The notes below the pieces were generated by a model that was not told the DNA's origin, did no database searches, and worked only from the letters and a program-made list of their open reading frames with translations. Positions 27,816 to 41,531 of a stretch of 64,000 nucleotides of DNA are shown one piece after another. This DNA comes from Camelus dromedarius. Lineage: Eukaryota. The translations under genes were made by a program, and so were the position numbers. The DNA lies in the NCBI RefSeq assembly GCF_036321535.1, contig NC_087438.1, forward strand, positions 12,216,001 to 12,280,000, given 5' to 3'. The first letter of the stretch is position 1. The number at the start of each line of letters is the position of its first letter.

Positions 27816-30800
27816 GGACCACTGTGGCTTCAGTGAAACACTGGATCAATTACATAACCTTCACTGAGTCCAGTCATGCTGCGTTTGCGACATATGTAAC
27901 TTCAATACAAACAGCTGCTTTCAAAAAAGCTAGATATTGCTTAAGAAAAAAAAAAAAACACTGAGGTTTAATGTGCATCCAGTACAATACACAGCCTGAT
28001 AAAGCACCCACGGCAACACACTGAACATTTCCATCACCCGAGAAAGTTCACTGGTGCCCCTTCCCAGGCAACATTCCTCCGAAGTAACCATGAGGTTTGA
28101 ATCCTTACCTTTAAGATGGCAGGGCAAGCAGCTGGGGACAAAAGCCAGGCATCATTCATGTCTTCTCTGTTTGCACTGCAGTTCTAAGTAACAGACACTC
28201 TAAGCAGAAGCTATCAGAATAGGTACCCACTGGGCATGAATAAGCCCCTTTCTCTCCAATGTGCTGCTGGGGACTCACCCACCCTCCCCTACTCTACATC
28301 TATCTCCCCCAGCCCAGCCCAGGTTGGGTTGTCCAAGCTGCAGAGCAGGTGCATGGCTGCAGGGGTGGAGGAAATGAGCTCCTTCAGGGGTACCCCTTTG
28401 CCCCCACCTCCCACCAACCCCCAACCCCTGGCTGGGCCAGCTCTTCACCCTAGGGCTTTATCAGACCCATTCAGACCCCAATCCCCTCCTCTTTCCTTGG
28501 GGCAGAAACAGGTACGGTTTGCTCAGCAACATAAATATAACTTAATTGAGCTGTTTGAACTCAAAGACCATCATGGACGGCCTCTGTGCGTGGAGGGCTC
28601 AACTGAGGGATTTCAGGAAACGGCTTCACCCTTGGGATTTTTCTCCATACAAATTAGAAAAACCATCATGGCATCTCACAGCTGGAAGGAGAGGTGCCCC
28701 TACACTGGGTTCTGTTCCAGACACAGAAAGAGGCAGGACTGCAGGCAAGAGGAAGATGCGGAGCATGGAAGAAATCAAACCTGTCCACAGAGTCACCCCT
28801 CCAGGAAGGCCAGCCCCTCCCAGAGCCCCCAGCCTCGCAGGGCAGAGGGCAGCCCAAGTTGAAGTCAACAGCAAATGGGGAGGGGAGGTGGGGAGGAGAA
28901 AGACTCTCCAATTGATCTCACGTCACCTCACCCACCCCCCCAACCTGGGGCTCTCCAGTTTCACTGTGAACAGCGTCGTCTGGGAACCCTGTTAAAGTAC
29001 AGACCCCAGGACAGGACTGGAGTGGGACCAAGGAAGCTGCATCTTTCACAAGGGCCCTGATGACTGAGGATGAAATGAAGCAGCCGCCGGTGGGAGAAGC
29101 ACACACGGAGAAACGCCACACTAGTTTTTGGGACAGTTAAACCCAAATGTCCCACTCAGAGTATCCAACTTGAGGGTGGGACTAGGGAGGCAGAGATAGA
29201 AGACCAAGAACAGGTACAATTCCCTAGACAAAGAGTAAGATGGGCACACTCCAGGGCCTCCAGCAGACGAGGGCCCAGTGGCCAAATGGATGGACAGAGG
29301 GAACAGTATTTACACAGATCATGTGGGCATCAGAGACCTTCCACAGAACCATCTAAGAAAAGGTGCCCAGAAAAGAAGCTGCATAGGAAGAATCCAGGCC
29401 TAGAGATCATGGGTAACATGAGCGTTTTCTAAGCCTAGTGTGTAAAAAGATGTGCTTTTTCAACAACTTTCAGTGTACTATTTTGACATGATGCTCATTT
29501 GGTCTATGAAATAGTTCTGACCTTGACTGCTTATGAAGCAGCATCCAGGAAGCTTTTTCCAGACACACCAGGGCCCAAGTCCCAGCTGAGATTCTGATTC
29601 ATTGTTCTGGGGCGGAGCCAAGGCTCTTGGTGTAAGTTCAATGGGCAGCCAGGGCTGACAACAACTCCGCCAGAAGCAGCAACCGTGGAAGCAAGACTGT
29701 GAACACACGAGGCGATTTAATGTGAAACACTGAAACTGAAAAACGTGATTTTTGTTGACCCTTCTACTTCCCCCAGAGCAATAAGGTAAAAAAGCCGCCA
29801 CAAAAGAGGAGGGAACTGGGAAGGTGGTATGAGAGCCCGCTGATCTGGAAGAGTAACTTCAACAGAAAGGCAAAGATCATGACCAGGAAGGTGACAAGGA
29901 CATTCAATCCCAGGGGCCTGGAGAGAGAAAAGAAGTGAACTTGAAGCAGCAGCCAGGATGGGCAGTCGGAGGGCCGGCAAGGTGGATAAGCGACAGCCCC
30001 CACCTCACCCTGCCAGACTTCACTTTCCTCCGGAGCAAGTAACGTGATCAAGTAGAAAGATGACCAACTCTGGATCCAAACCCAGTTCTATCAACGCGTT
30101 GCTGATCAACTGTGGATTTGTGGACACACTACCCCATGGCAGCTCAATCTCAAACACCTTCCTCGTAGGGGAGCGGTGAGGATTAAATGGATGGAAGGCA
30201 CCAGCATGGGGCCTGGTGGAGAGATGTCACCTGGCAAATGGCACCCTCTTTCCAACGCCAACCCTCACAAGGAGGATGTGGCTTAGAAGTGGGGTGACCT
30301 TCTTTCCCACAGCCCCCCAGGGAGGTGATCATGGGAAGAATGTGGTTCCCTAATCTCACCACAGTAGCAGCCTGGATTGGAATTCAGCAAAGTTGGAATC
30401 AGGCAACAGAGGACTTGCACACCATCCCGAGTCCCCATCACAGGTACCCGAACAGGCCTTTGCAGACAGACTAGGTAACCAATCCCCCACGTATATTACT
30501 GAGTCTTTAGGAAAAGTGGTTCTAAGTAACAGGCCTTTAAGTGAATTTGAGATGAAATGAACCTCAGTCACAAACCAGCAACTGCCGGAATTGGTTCCAA
30601 TAAACTGCTTCTGCTTTTTCTACTGCAACTCCACCTGGCATTAAACGGTGCCACGTCTGATTCCCATGGATAATCTTCTGAACGGCTTTGTTTTCAAACA
30701 ACATCTTTACATACATTTTCCACAAAATGACACTTACAATAAAGGTATAGTAGTTAAGCCTCAAAAAAAAAAAAACAAAAAACCATGAGTTTTGGTTGCA

Positions 30801-33344
30801 CCCCTTTTCCCCATCACCCTCCCAGGCTTAAGTTACCACCTGGTCTGAGCTTAACATCCAGCACTGGTTTGCTGACTACTTTCCATATTCATGGGTATCA
30901 AGAATGTAAGACAGTATTCTGTTTACCTTCAGGTATGAGCAATTTGATTTCCTAAAAGTAACCACAAAGTTGAAAGCAACAGTAGGTCCAATAGTACAAA
31001 AGTCAACCCTTCTTTTTGTGCCTGGTCACTGGGAAGGGTTCCCGGGAGAAGCAGGAAGGGTTTGGATAAACCACAGGCCGACACAGGCACCAGTCGGCTG
31101 AGCTACTCCGAGCAGAGCCTGGAATCCAGAAGTCGACCGCGGATGGGAGGCACAGGCAGGTCAGAGGCAGGCTTGAGCCCAAATAAATACACCGGAGTCT
31201 AAGGGATGGGAAGAGGAGGTTCACTGAATGGACCCAGGGAGGAAAGATGAGACTGAAGTCGAGAGATAACCACAAAGGAGAAAGCCAACAATTTGGTCCA
31301 ACCGAGGACAGGAGGCCACAGAAGGTCATGACCCAGGGCAGAGGTCATTTGCGCTCTCCTGCAAAATCATTTGTGTGTGTGTGGTCAGTGAGGGCCTTGC
31401 AGGGGCCAGGAAATACTGCTAATAGCGACCTCATTCTCTCCCCACCCACCCACCCACCCCGTGGGGGTGCCAGACAGGGAGGGGCCCCAGCAGTCAGTCC
31501 AAAGGGGACTGTTCTGAAAGAAAGGGTCAAAAATAAGCTGGATTCCTAATCCACTTAAGCTGGATTCACTTAAAGGAGCAGAGACAGGGGCTCTTAAGGT
31601 CTTACAGAGGTCCGGCGAGGGCAGATGACAGAAGTGGTGTGCACCCTTGGCAGGCTAAGGTCTCCATCACCTGACACAGCCCACACTCCTCAGAACACCA
31701 ACGTATCCAGTGTTTGTCCCTGTAAACAGCTCCCTGTTTTGGTGTCGTTGATGAAGCGCATAGAATTATCACCTCAGGTTTCAAAAGGCCAAACTTTGGG
31801 AAAACATTCTGAATCCAACTTAACAGCCACCCACTCCCCCTTAAAAAAGGAAAATGCAATTTATATATTTTTGGAGTCTATCAAGTGAAATAATTCCTTT
31901 GAAAAAGGAATCCCCTTTAATGAGTTTCAGTGCTCTTTATTTCACTCCGATCCTACAGCCAGGAAGGAAGTAACACAGAGGAACTCCCACCACGACTCTT
32001 ATGACCAGAGGCTTTTCCTTTTGTCATTTGCAGGCCCTTAAGACATGTGTGCTCTGTTGAGACAGTTATCATATAACGTTCTGATAGAGAAATTACATCA
32101 TTCTAATGACTTGTTTGGCTTCGCACTGACTATAGACAGAGATACACCATGCACTCGGTACGTGAGTGCCTTCGTGGGCCAGGCTTTGTGCCGAGATGCT
32201 AACAACACACAAATGATATACCCTCGATCTCAGAGAGCATGGTGAGGAGAGACAGAGAAAAAAAAAATCAAACCAACACGCACGATACAATGTCAAGGTG
32301 GTGGCTCTTTTGGATGGAGAGGCTGAGAAAGCCTCTGAAAAGGTCTCCACCCCTGAATGAAGGTGGGAGGGGCAGGCACACCTGCAGGAACCTTCCCAAA
32401 AGGCAAAGGCAAGCCTACAGCCTGCCTGCGTGACCATCTCTTCCCAACTTACAGTAAGTGAGTGTCCACGCGGAGCTCTGCAAACTTACAAATAAGAACA
32501 TGTTTTTTTCCTGGCGCTAAGTGCACTAACGATCAGATGCTTTTTGTTTTTTTTCTATTGTCCCAGAGCGAAAATTAATGGAAACATCTGACTTTCCATC
32601 TTTGAACCACAAGATGCCAAACCAGATTCTTGGAAGAACTCTAGATCTAGAGTCAATCACATGGCTTTCAGGCATAAAAACTTTTTTTTTTTTTTTCACT
32701 CTAAACCAAGTTAGACAAATTGCATTTTACTTGGTCTTTAAAGCAAGACTGAAAGTCCCAGAGGTGTTCAGCCTCTGGGGGACTGACTCTTGATTCTAAG
32801 AAACTCCACGGGCTGGTGTTTGACATCCATCTCAGAGACGGGTATTTCCAGGACGAAATAGCAAAATGTGGGAAAAGCACAGAATGTAAGAGCTGCTCAG
32901 TTCAGCGGTGTGTTTTTAATACAGCAGCACTATTTTGATGGAAGTGAATTCCAAGAACAACAAACAGATGGACCCGTACTGAAGTTTCAACAAAGGAAAC
33001 CAAATACATCTGATTTTTTAAAAAGTATCTGCCACTTGCCACCAGCATGTCCCTCTTTTCTCTTTTTGAATGGCTGTGCAGCCACCTTCACCCACCCATA
33101 GGAGCACTACCATCCACCCAACGCCCACATCACAAGGCCAATGCCAAATGCTCACTGGTGGTCAGCAGATCTCAGTCACCATCCAATTCTCCATCCTCAG
33201 ACTCTGGAGCTAGGTCTAAAGCAGTTCTTTCTTGATGGTGTCTATTTCTTAAGAAAAGATACAAACAAGAATTTCTACATTCTTTTATATCTAAAAGCAG
33301 CACAAGAAAAAGTATCCAAGAGAAAAGTAGTTTAAAAACAAACT

Positions 33345-33520
33345 GTATAGAGAGTTAGTATTTAATGGTCATAGAGCTTCTGTTTGGGGTGATGAAAAAG
33401 TTTTGTAAATAGATAGTGATGATGGTTGCACACATTACGAATGTAATGAATGCCATCCACTTTTACACTCAAAAATGGTTCAAACGGTCAAGTCTATGTA
33501 ATTTATATTTACCACAACAA
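33345..33520 (+). mobile_element. L1MB-like 3' fragment
   Basis: gagttagtatttaatggtcatagagcttctgtttggggtgatgaaaaagttttg...agtgatgatggttgcacacatt...tttaccacaa. Confidence 0.8.
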
Positions 33521-36500
33521 ACACACACACACACAGGAAAACCCAAGTTCTAGTTAAAAAAATAAATCGTATATTTATCCATTCATTTTTCTTTCAACTC
33601 AAATTTGGACATTTGCAGCAGAGATCAATCATAGCAAATTATTTTAGACACCCATCCAAAACACTGAAAACCCCAAAAGGGATACAAATGTCACGGCTGT
33701 GAACACACACAAATATACACACAACAACAATGGAATTCGAGGTGGCAGTGGTACCCAAAAGCCAGGGCTGCGTATTGTTTTAGGGATATGCTTTGCCTCT
33801 CAACTGGACTGCAAAAAACTACTTTGTTCAACTATACTGCACGCCATCAGAAAAATTCTATCTTTAAATCATGAACATATGGACAAGCTAAAACACAAAG
33901 TTAAAATAGAGGGCAATTAACATACTCTTAGGCTCGGCAACCCACAGGAAACTGCTGAAACTCAACTCTCTCATCCTGTAGAGACAGCAATTTCACATGG
34001 TTCAACTGAACCCCAGGTTAATTTGGCTGGAAGCGTCACCTCCAGTACAGAGGACACTTGAGAGGCTATAAGGAGCAAAAATATAATCTATGTTTCTCTC
34101 CTTTTGAGAAAAAAATGGATAAGATTTCCCCAAAATAAGCACATCAGTATGAAAATGTTTCTCTTTACCAAAAAGGAGATAAAAAAGATGAGAAGGGGGT
34201 AGAATATACTTTTTTTGTTATTTAAACAACATAAAAGCAAGGGAATTATGTGCAGCACAGTTGACCAGACTCTGTCTGCCCTGCCGTCCCAGAGTTTGGA
34301 TCTGCGAGTCACAGTACACTAATGCCACTACTTCTCCATCATCAGTGTCGCCCCTCCAAACTCCTTTCCCTCCATCTTCAGAAGTTTAGCTGTCTCCCTG
34401 CTGGTTTCTCCCCACCTTTCCCCCCTGGGGGACTTCAGATGGCCCCACCAGATTTGGGGGGCCGTGCCAACTGCTGCTCACTCACTTTCCATCCGCTCAC
34501 GTAGAAGGAGTTGGCCGCTGAGACCTCTCTACCCAGGCAGCTGCCTTCACCAACAGCTGGCTTTGCGTGTGAAGCCAGGAATGCAGCTTCTGCAGCGCAT
34601 TCCTGGGCTGGGGGTGGGGAGGCGGGGAGCATGTGCAATCAGCATCCTTTCAGATGAAATTCTTAACTTGGTTAAAATATCCAGGCTCCTCCACTTCCCT
34701 CTGCAGTCACATCTGACCTGTTCCCACCTAACACTTAAAATCACTGAGCTCTAGCTGCCCCATTCCTGACTGTCAGTGGGGTCACAGGGTGTTACTTGGA
34801 GCTCTGAAATGGGAGGCATGCTAGCCGGTCCCACGGTCAGTTTTCCAGCCCTCAACAGGCTTGAGGGAGACTCGTCCCCGACACAGGAGTGAACCCATAC
34901 GGTGTGTGGAGAAGGAGTGAAGAAGCTGCCACATCCCCAAGACATTCAAGGACACAAAAAGGCACCAAAGGGGGCAAAGTGAAGGGGGAAAAAGGCAAAA
35001 CAAAGCATCTGGACAGAGCAGAGAGTGAAAAATAACAAAAACGCAATGAAAAACCATGACACCAACCCATTATCAAGTTTCCCAAAATTGATCCCATAGT
35101 ATTAATGCCAATAAGTCAAAGTGAAGGTCAAAAGATGGCTCTCAATGGGAAATGTGATTATAAATAGTTAGGGTCGTGTTTCCCGTATGGCCTGAGAAAG
35201 TCTATCTTGGGGGGTGGGGACAACTTGTAAGTACCAGGCGATCGAATGGCCTTTTCCTAAAAAGAGAATAACTTTTAAAACCAAGCCTAATTATACTTCG
35301 TGCAAATAAGAAGAGAAGGGCACAGAGGAGGGAAGGCAGAGACATGGATTGGGACGGTTAATTCCCCAGTCCATAATGTATTTCAGAAGGCCCCATAAAG
35401 AGACAACGCAAACAGAAAACCCAACGGAATCCTTGCAGAGAGTAATCGCCTTGATTACTACAATAACTACCCCTTAAAATGCCATTTTATTGTAACTTGA
35501 TATCACTCTGAGCTATTTCAGAGCCATCAAATTAGGCTCTTTTCAGAAAGGATAAAACAGTTGACTCTCAAAGTGAAAAATCTAATTTCGAACTTCTTAG
35601 CTCATTCTACATTCTCTTCCAAAAAAGCGCTTCAGTGATAGCCCACGCGCCTGGTGATGGTTTTGGAAAAGACAAGCATTCAATACCGACTTCCCTCCTA
35701 CGCTTTCCACAAGAGTCCATTTTTAGCCACATTTACACCCTGCAGAAAACGGTGTTGTGTTTCTGAAACTCTGTCCAGAGCTCACTATGCAAGAAGACAA
35801 GTCACCCCTAACTTTCAGAGCAGTGCTGACCTGCCCATGTGCTCCATTCTCCAGAGGCCCCGAACATGCTCTTTTTTTTTTTCAACAAAGCATGTTAGCA
35901 GGTCACTCGCACATTTCTTTTTCCGCCTGCAAATACTTCACAGCGAGTGTAACATAAAAGTTATGAGTCAAATGGGAACGTTTCGGTCCTCTGTATTCCT
36001 GGGACCAACCTACAGTAGTTTAAATTTTAGATAAATACGAAACTATATCCCTGGCCAAAAAAAACCCCACCAAAAACAGCTGAGCGAACATGGAAAACTC
36101 TGAGACTGAACAAATTTTTTTTTTAAATTTGTTTAAAAATTTACCAAAAACACACAATCACTTCCTCTCTACTCTGCATCCCCGAGGTCCCATTCTAGGA
36201 TTTTACACGTGGCTCTGCTTGGTTTCCAACACTAAACAGGATTTTGAATCTGTTCTTTAATCCACCTGAGAATTACTTCACTATGGTCAGCACAATGTCT
36301 GGCCACACTTGAGGTGAAATGATTGTTGGAACTGGGGGCAGCCCAGAGAAAGCAAAAGCTTCCAAAAGCTTAGAAAAATTTCCTAGCACTACCTAAAGCC
36401 CTCTTCTTTATTTTCACTTCCTCCACAACAGCAGAACTAGTGGTACATGCGGGGGATGGGGGTGGGGGGGCGGCTGAGAGTACTTCCCGCTCTTCATGGT

Positions 36501-36545
36501 GGGCGACTATGACCCTCAGGCCGTTTTCTGCACTGTCCTGTACAT

Positions 36546-36707
36546 CCTCGCCACTCAAATGTGGATCGGGGACCAGCAGCATCCACACCACCGGGAAACT
36601 TGCGGGAAATGCAGACCCTCAGGCCCCACCCCAGATCTGCCAGCAAAATCTGCATCAGAAACAAGACCCCCAGGTGATTCACATACAGCACATTCTGAGA
36701 TGCACTG
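36546..36707. mobile_element. MER5A-like hAT-Charlie element
   Basis: ctcaaatgtgg...gaccagcagcatc...gaaatgcagaccctcaggccccaccccaga...aacaagacccccaggtgattc...gcactg. Confidence 0.8.
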
Positions 36708-36799
36708 CTCTAAACCAAACGGGAATTCAACTAACAGCTGTGAGCCATTTATGGACTCTGAGAGGTCATATTTTGGGAATATAAAAATTTCCCTCAGCA

Positions 36800-36858
36800 T
36801 TCTACTGTACACCAGAAATTGACACAACATTATAAACTGACTATATTTGAATAAATAA

Positions 36859-36901
<43 letters not shown>

Positions 36902-36910
36902 AAAAAAAAT
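36800..36910 (+). mobile_element. Very short L1 3' terminus whose tail became (TA)n(CA)n
   Basis: ctgtacaccagaaattgacacaacattataaactgactata followed by a TA/CA microsatellite and an A run. Confidence 0.7.
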
Positions 36911-36999
36911 TGTCCTGGAATTGTTTATAAAGACACAGAAAAATACCTATTTGACACCTTTTACCAGCTACTATTTGACCTCAAACAGTAATATCTTTT

Positions 37000-37185
37000 T
37001 TGTTATTGTGGTTAAGATATACATACTAACTTAAAATTTACCATTTTAATCCTAAGTGTACAGTTCAGTGGTATTAAGTACATTCACCCTGTTGTGTAAC
37101 CATCACCATGATCCTGGCTTTCATCTTCCAAAACTAAAACTCTATACCCATTAAACAATAACTCCCCCTTCTCCCTTTACCCCAG
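37000..37185 (-). mobile_element. L1MB-like 3' fragment
   Basis: ttattgtggt...aaaatttaccattttaa...aagtgtacagttcagtggtattaagtacattcac...aaactctatacccattaaacaataactcccc. Confidence 0.8.
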
Positions 37186-37851
37186 AAACACCAATATTTT
37201 TAAGACCCTTTAATAACCTACCAAATTGGGTTGAAAATTAGCCAATACCCTGAAAAGTTACCATAGGGTTTACCAGGACAAGGCCATGCTCTACATCTTT
37301 GACCCTGATTCCCTCAAGAATGTATCCCTGCTCAGTTCGAGAGCGGGTGTTCCGGTGCCAGGACCAGTTAATGGACTTCTCCTGATCCTTGGTGGCTACG
37401 CCTGTATGTTCCATGATGAACCTGTGATGTAGGGAGAGGAAGAAGTTGGTCAGGAGAGAGGGAAACTAGTCTTTTGGCCACTGCTTGTTCTTGATCCACG
37501 TCTGAACCCAGTTCTTTCCAACCTGCCCCTCTTCTCTCCTATTTCAAACCCTGTATTTCCTACACGGGTCGCCCAGCTAATTACACTTGTTATACTTGGG
37601 GACAACAGAGTAGACAGTGTAAGACCAAGGATTTGCTGACCGATTGAAGATTATGGGTCAAAGTTGGCAGTTGTTTTCATGTTTCAGTATATACTTTTCT
37701 GGTTTAGTTCTTTCTAAACCCACAATCCATAAATACTGTCAAGGGTAAAAACAGAACTACTGGCCTGACCATCCCTTCCCATGCCCCCCTCGCCAAGAGC
37801 CACCCATCGACCAGCTGGCAATGGTCTCATGTGACACAGACTCCATTGGGT

Positions 37852-38165
37852 CAAACAAGCCAGTAGCCAAAAAGGACAAATACCATATGATTCCACTTCT
37901 CCAAGTACCTGAAGTAGTCAAAATCAGAGACAGGAAGTAGAAAGGTGATTACGAAGGGCTGGGGGAGGAGCGATGGGGAGTTAAGCGTTTGGTGGGCACA
38001 GAGTCTCAGGACTGCGAGATGAGAAAGTTCTCGAGATCTGCTGCACAGCAGTGCGACTGTCCTTGACACTACAGAAATGTGCACTTAAACATGGTTAGGA
38101 TGGGGATTTTAATGCTGTGTTTTTTACCACAACTTCTTTTCAGAAATGGCAAAGTTAAAAAAGAA
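37852..38165 (+). mobile_element. L1MA/MB-like 3' fragment
   Basis: aagccagt...aaaaggacaaataccatatgattccactt...gtagtcaaaatcagagacaggaagtagaaaggtg...tttttaccacaa. Confidence 0.8.
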
Positions 38166-38920
38166 AAGCAAAGGAAATATCATTGGTATTAAAAAATAAT
38201 TCGACAAAAAAATTTCATTAAAACCTATTTACAATCCTCTCTGGGACAGAGTGACATAAGCCAAGTACACTGTTTACATACTGTTTTCCTTTTTAAAATC
38301 ATCTTAAAAAGTGTGTATAAGGAACTGAATTTGCATCTGGGAAAAGTGAAAAGGCAACACAGAGTGAAGGTGACCAACTCTACATACAGGAACTTAAACA
38401 TCTAAGCAGTGCCCCGAAGCAAGGCACTTAGTCTTAGCTTATAGATGGCACTACACCACCTGAGAACCCAATGGGAAAGAGACCAGACCGGGCATCGGTG
38501 TCTGTGAGACGCGTGGTCTCTCTGCCCTGCCTCTCCCTGCCCCCACCCCCACTCTCCACCTACACAAAACAGCTGTATCTTCACCACCAAATACTGAAGA
38601 GCCATTCAAGACACTCAGACGAAACAGAAACTGAGGAATTGCAAGATAGTCCAGAAACATCACTGCTTACGAAGCCTAGAAATGAGGAAGGTACCACCAA
38701 AGCGACCATCTCTGCTCAAGGTTCTGATAACCAAGAAGTCCATCAGCCTCAGACTACACAACGCTGACCTTGAAGTTTTTGGTCTCAACTTGCAAACAAA
38801 ATTCAGAAACTCTGAGTTTTAAATACTGGCGTATGAAGTCCTTTTAGTTCTTTCTGTCATAAATTGTAGTATGTGTCTTGGAGGGAGGGATCCATTTTTA
38901 ACATTAAAATTGGCTTCCTT

Positions 38921-39128
38921 TGGGATTAGCAGATGCACACCACTGTATACAAAACAGATAAACAACAAGGACCTACTATTTAGCAGAGGCAACTATATTC
39001 AATATCTTGTAATAACCTATAACAGAGAAGAACCTAAAAAGAATACATATGTATAACTGCATCACTCTGCTGTACACCTGAAACTAACAAAACATTGTAA
39101 ATCAAATATATGTCAATTACAAAATTTT
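38921..39128 (+). mobile_element. 5'-truncated L1 3' end (artiodactyl lineage)
   Basis: tgggattagcagatgcac...aacaacaaggacctact...gctgtacacctgaaactaac. TSD ttaaaattggcttcctt (38904-38920) / ttaaaatttgtttcctt (39129-39145). Confidence 0.88.
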
Positions 39129-39798
39129 TTAAAATTTGTTTCCTTCTAAAATGGAGATGCTGGTCTCCTTTTACAATTGTCCAATGTAATCAGTGAGCCA
39201 GATTCTGGATTCATGTATTTATTTTCAGTGATACGGCTTTTCACTTGTTTTACACTAGACAATGGGGAGCCTGGAGCAGTGATTCCCACAAACAGAAGGT
39301 GCTTCTTCCACTGCTCAACAAGGTGGATGAGGAAGCACAGGTTGGGGGGTTTGGTCCGTTCTGTCCTTACAGGGATGAGGACACCACTGCATTCTCCCCG
39401 GCAGGCCAGTATCTCCAACACTAGGAAAGTTTAAGAACTTTAAAGGAGAGTGGTAACGAAATCAATTGGCAAATAACAATGTATTTGAACTTTTTCTCCA
39501 ATTGCTGGCACCCTGTTACTTCTGATTCTTCCAGATCCCCAGGAAGGACCAGACAAGTGTAGTGCTCTCTGTCCTGAACTGGCTGGAACACTTCTATTCT
39601 GATTTGGCGGAATTTTTTTACTGCATCACTCACACACTCAAGGGGTGCATTATATACTCCTTTTTGAGATTCCATTTTTATCACTTAGAAAAAATGTTTA
39701 CGGCATGAGAGGCAGGGAGAGAATGCACACATGACCTTCGGAAGGCCACCCAAGGAAGGAGAACCCTGTGTCCCGCAGCGGAGGGCTCTGGTGCTCAC

Positions 39799-39897
39799 CT
39801 GACCATAGTCTGTCCGGAAGACGACGACGCCCTCGGCACAGGAATCTACAGTACTCGGAAAATGCTGGCCATTCTCTCTGAGCCAGACCCGTGCTCC
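39799..39897 (-). CDS. MYO10: Myosin-X coding exon 2 (99 nt, phase 0/0): GARVWLRENGQHFPSTVDSCAEGVVVFRTDYGQ, N-terminal SH3-like region
   Basis: Translation matches the myosin-X N-terminus as I recall it (human GTRVWLRENGQHFPSTVNSCAEGIVVFRTDYGQ). On the minus strand the acceptor is tttgtttgCAG (CAG = 39898-39900) and the donor is GTGAGC (39793-39798). Embedded in track ORF 39685..40032. Confidence 0.97.
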
Positions 39898-40777
39898 CTG
39901 CAAACAAAACAAACAGGATTTAACTATGAGTCTGCATTGCATTCTGTGGCAAAACACCACCCTTAAAATTACTATGACTACTACCTTCCTGAAAAAACCA
40001 CTTTTTGAAAAGCAGATGTCTTTCTCAAACAAGGAAGGAATGACTCTTCAAAGAAAGTGTCGTCCACAGCCTTAGATACGTACAAGTGTGACCGAGAAAG
40101 GGTCCCACCGGGCAGAGGAAACAGCACTAAAATGCAACTGATTTATAAGGAGTCTCTCATTTCACTCAGGCACCCACTTTGAGGCAAGAACCAGTATCAT
40201 CCCATTTTATGGATGGAGAACTGGAGGCCTAGAGGTAAAGAAATTTGCTCCACACCACGTATCCAGAAACCACAAGTTTAACCAGGTCACTGCACTGTTT
40301 CATCCCAAGTTGAGAACTCTTTGGGACCCTCAGGCTCCCCTCTTTCCAGGTCCAAGCCCCATGCACCTGCCCACTTGGAGGGCATCAGGGCGCTCCACTG
40401 ACTTCCTGGTTGTACCAAAGCCATGTGTCAACTGGACTCTCCAAGAAAGGGACTGAAGTTTTAGTAAATATTAGAATCCAATCCAGCAGACACCTAATGC
40501 ACCCCAAAGTTTAGGATGAGAGCCCAAGAGACAGCAACTTCCAGATCCCACTGTTTTAACCTGGGGCACGATTTTTTTTAGCATTGACTTCATTTCCATT
40601 TTTTATTTTCCCACCAAATGAAATGATAATCTTAATATTTAGCTTTTCAATGCTGAATTTCCTCTTCCTTTGATTTCACAGCATGAAAACCGTTTGTTTT
40701 CAAGGATGAGTGATTACAAAGTTTCAAGAAATTACTGGGTGTTCACTGGTCATTCAAATTATAAAGTTCCCTTTATG

Positions 40778-41531
40778 GGAACTCTTGTACACTGTTGGTG
40801 GGAATGTAAAACGGGTGTAGCCACTGTGCAAACAGTATAGAAGTTCCTTAAAAAACTAAAAGTAGAACTACCATATGACCCAGCAATTCCACTCCTGGGT
40901 ATACATCCAGAAAAAAATGAAAAGACTAGCTTGAAAAGATACATGCACCCCAATGTTCACAGGAGCACTATTTACAATAGCCAACACATGGAAGCAACCC
41001 AAGTGCCCATCAACAGACAACTGAATCAAGAAGATGTTTCATATATATATATATATGTGGGTACACAATGAAACATTACTCAGCCATAAAAAAGAAATAC
41101 TGCCATTTGCATAACATAGATGGACCTAAATAAGTATTATGCTTAGTGAAATAAGTCAGACAAAAGAAAGACAAATACTGTGTGGTATCACTTATATGTG
41201 GAATCTAGAAAATAATACAAATGAATGTATATGCAAAACAGAATGAGACTCACAGATACAGAAGACAAATCAGTGGTTACCAAAGGGTAGAGGACGGGAG
41301 GAGGGACAAATTAAGGGTATGGGATTAACAAATACAAACTGCTATATACAAAATAGATAAGCAACAAGAATATACTGTCTAGCACAGGGAATTATATCCA
41401 TTATCTTATAATAACCTCTAATGGACTATAGTCTGCAAAAATACTGAATTACTATGCTGTACACCTGAAACTAACCCAATACTGTAAATCAACTATGCTG
41501 TAATTTTAAAAATACTCAATATGAAAAAAAG
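40778..41531 (+). mobile_element. L1 3' end (degenerate ORF2 C-terminus plus 3'UTR)
   Basis: acactgttggtgggaatgtaaa...catatgacccagcaattccactcctgggtatacatcc...gatacatgcaccccaatgttca...gctgtacacctgaaactaac. Confidence 0.92.

Larger units (their letters stand above)
2526..39798 (-). other. MYO10: MYO10 intron 2 (37,273 bp, GT-AG)
   Basis: Bounded by the exon 2 donor and exon 3 acceptor. The peptides join directly (DYGQ|VFTY) with no missing residues. Confidence 0.93.

Noticed and set aside
28236..28995. Overlapping 208-aa and 149-aa ORFs
   Set aside because: No recognisable domain, overlapping open frames on both strands in GC-rich intron, and no retrocopy hallmarks. The same applies to 3700..4293, 4561..5154 and 48130..48729.
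39685..40032. 115-aa ORF as a stand-alone gene or alternative MYO10 N-terminus
   Set aside because: Only the central 33 codons match myosin-X and they are bounded by canonical splice sites. The flanks are intronic read-through.
40759..40953. Short ORFs with [13 protein letters not shown] peptides (also 46587..46769)
   Set aside because: They are antisense translations of L1 3' sequence, a common artefact.
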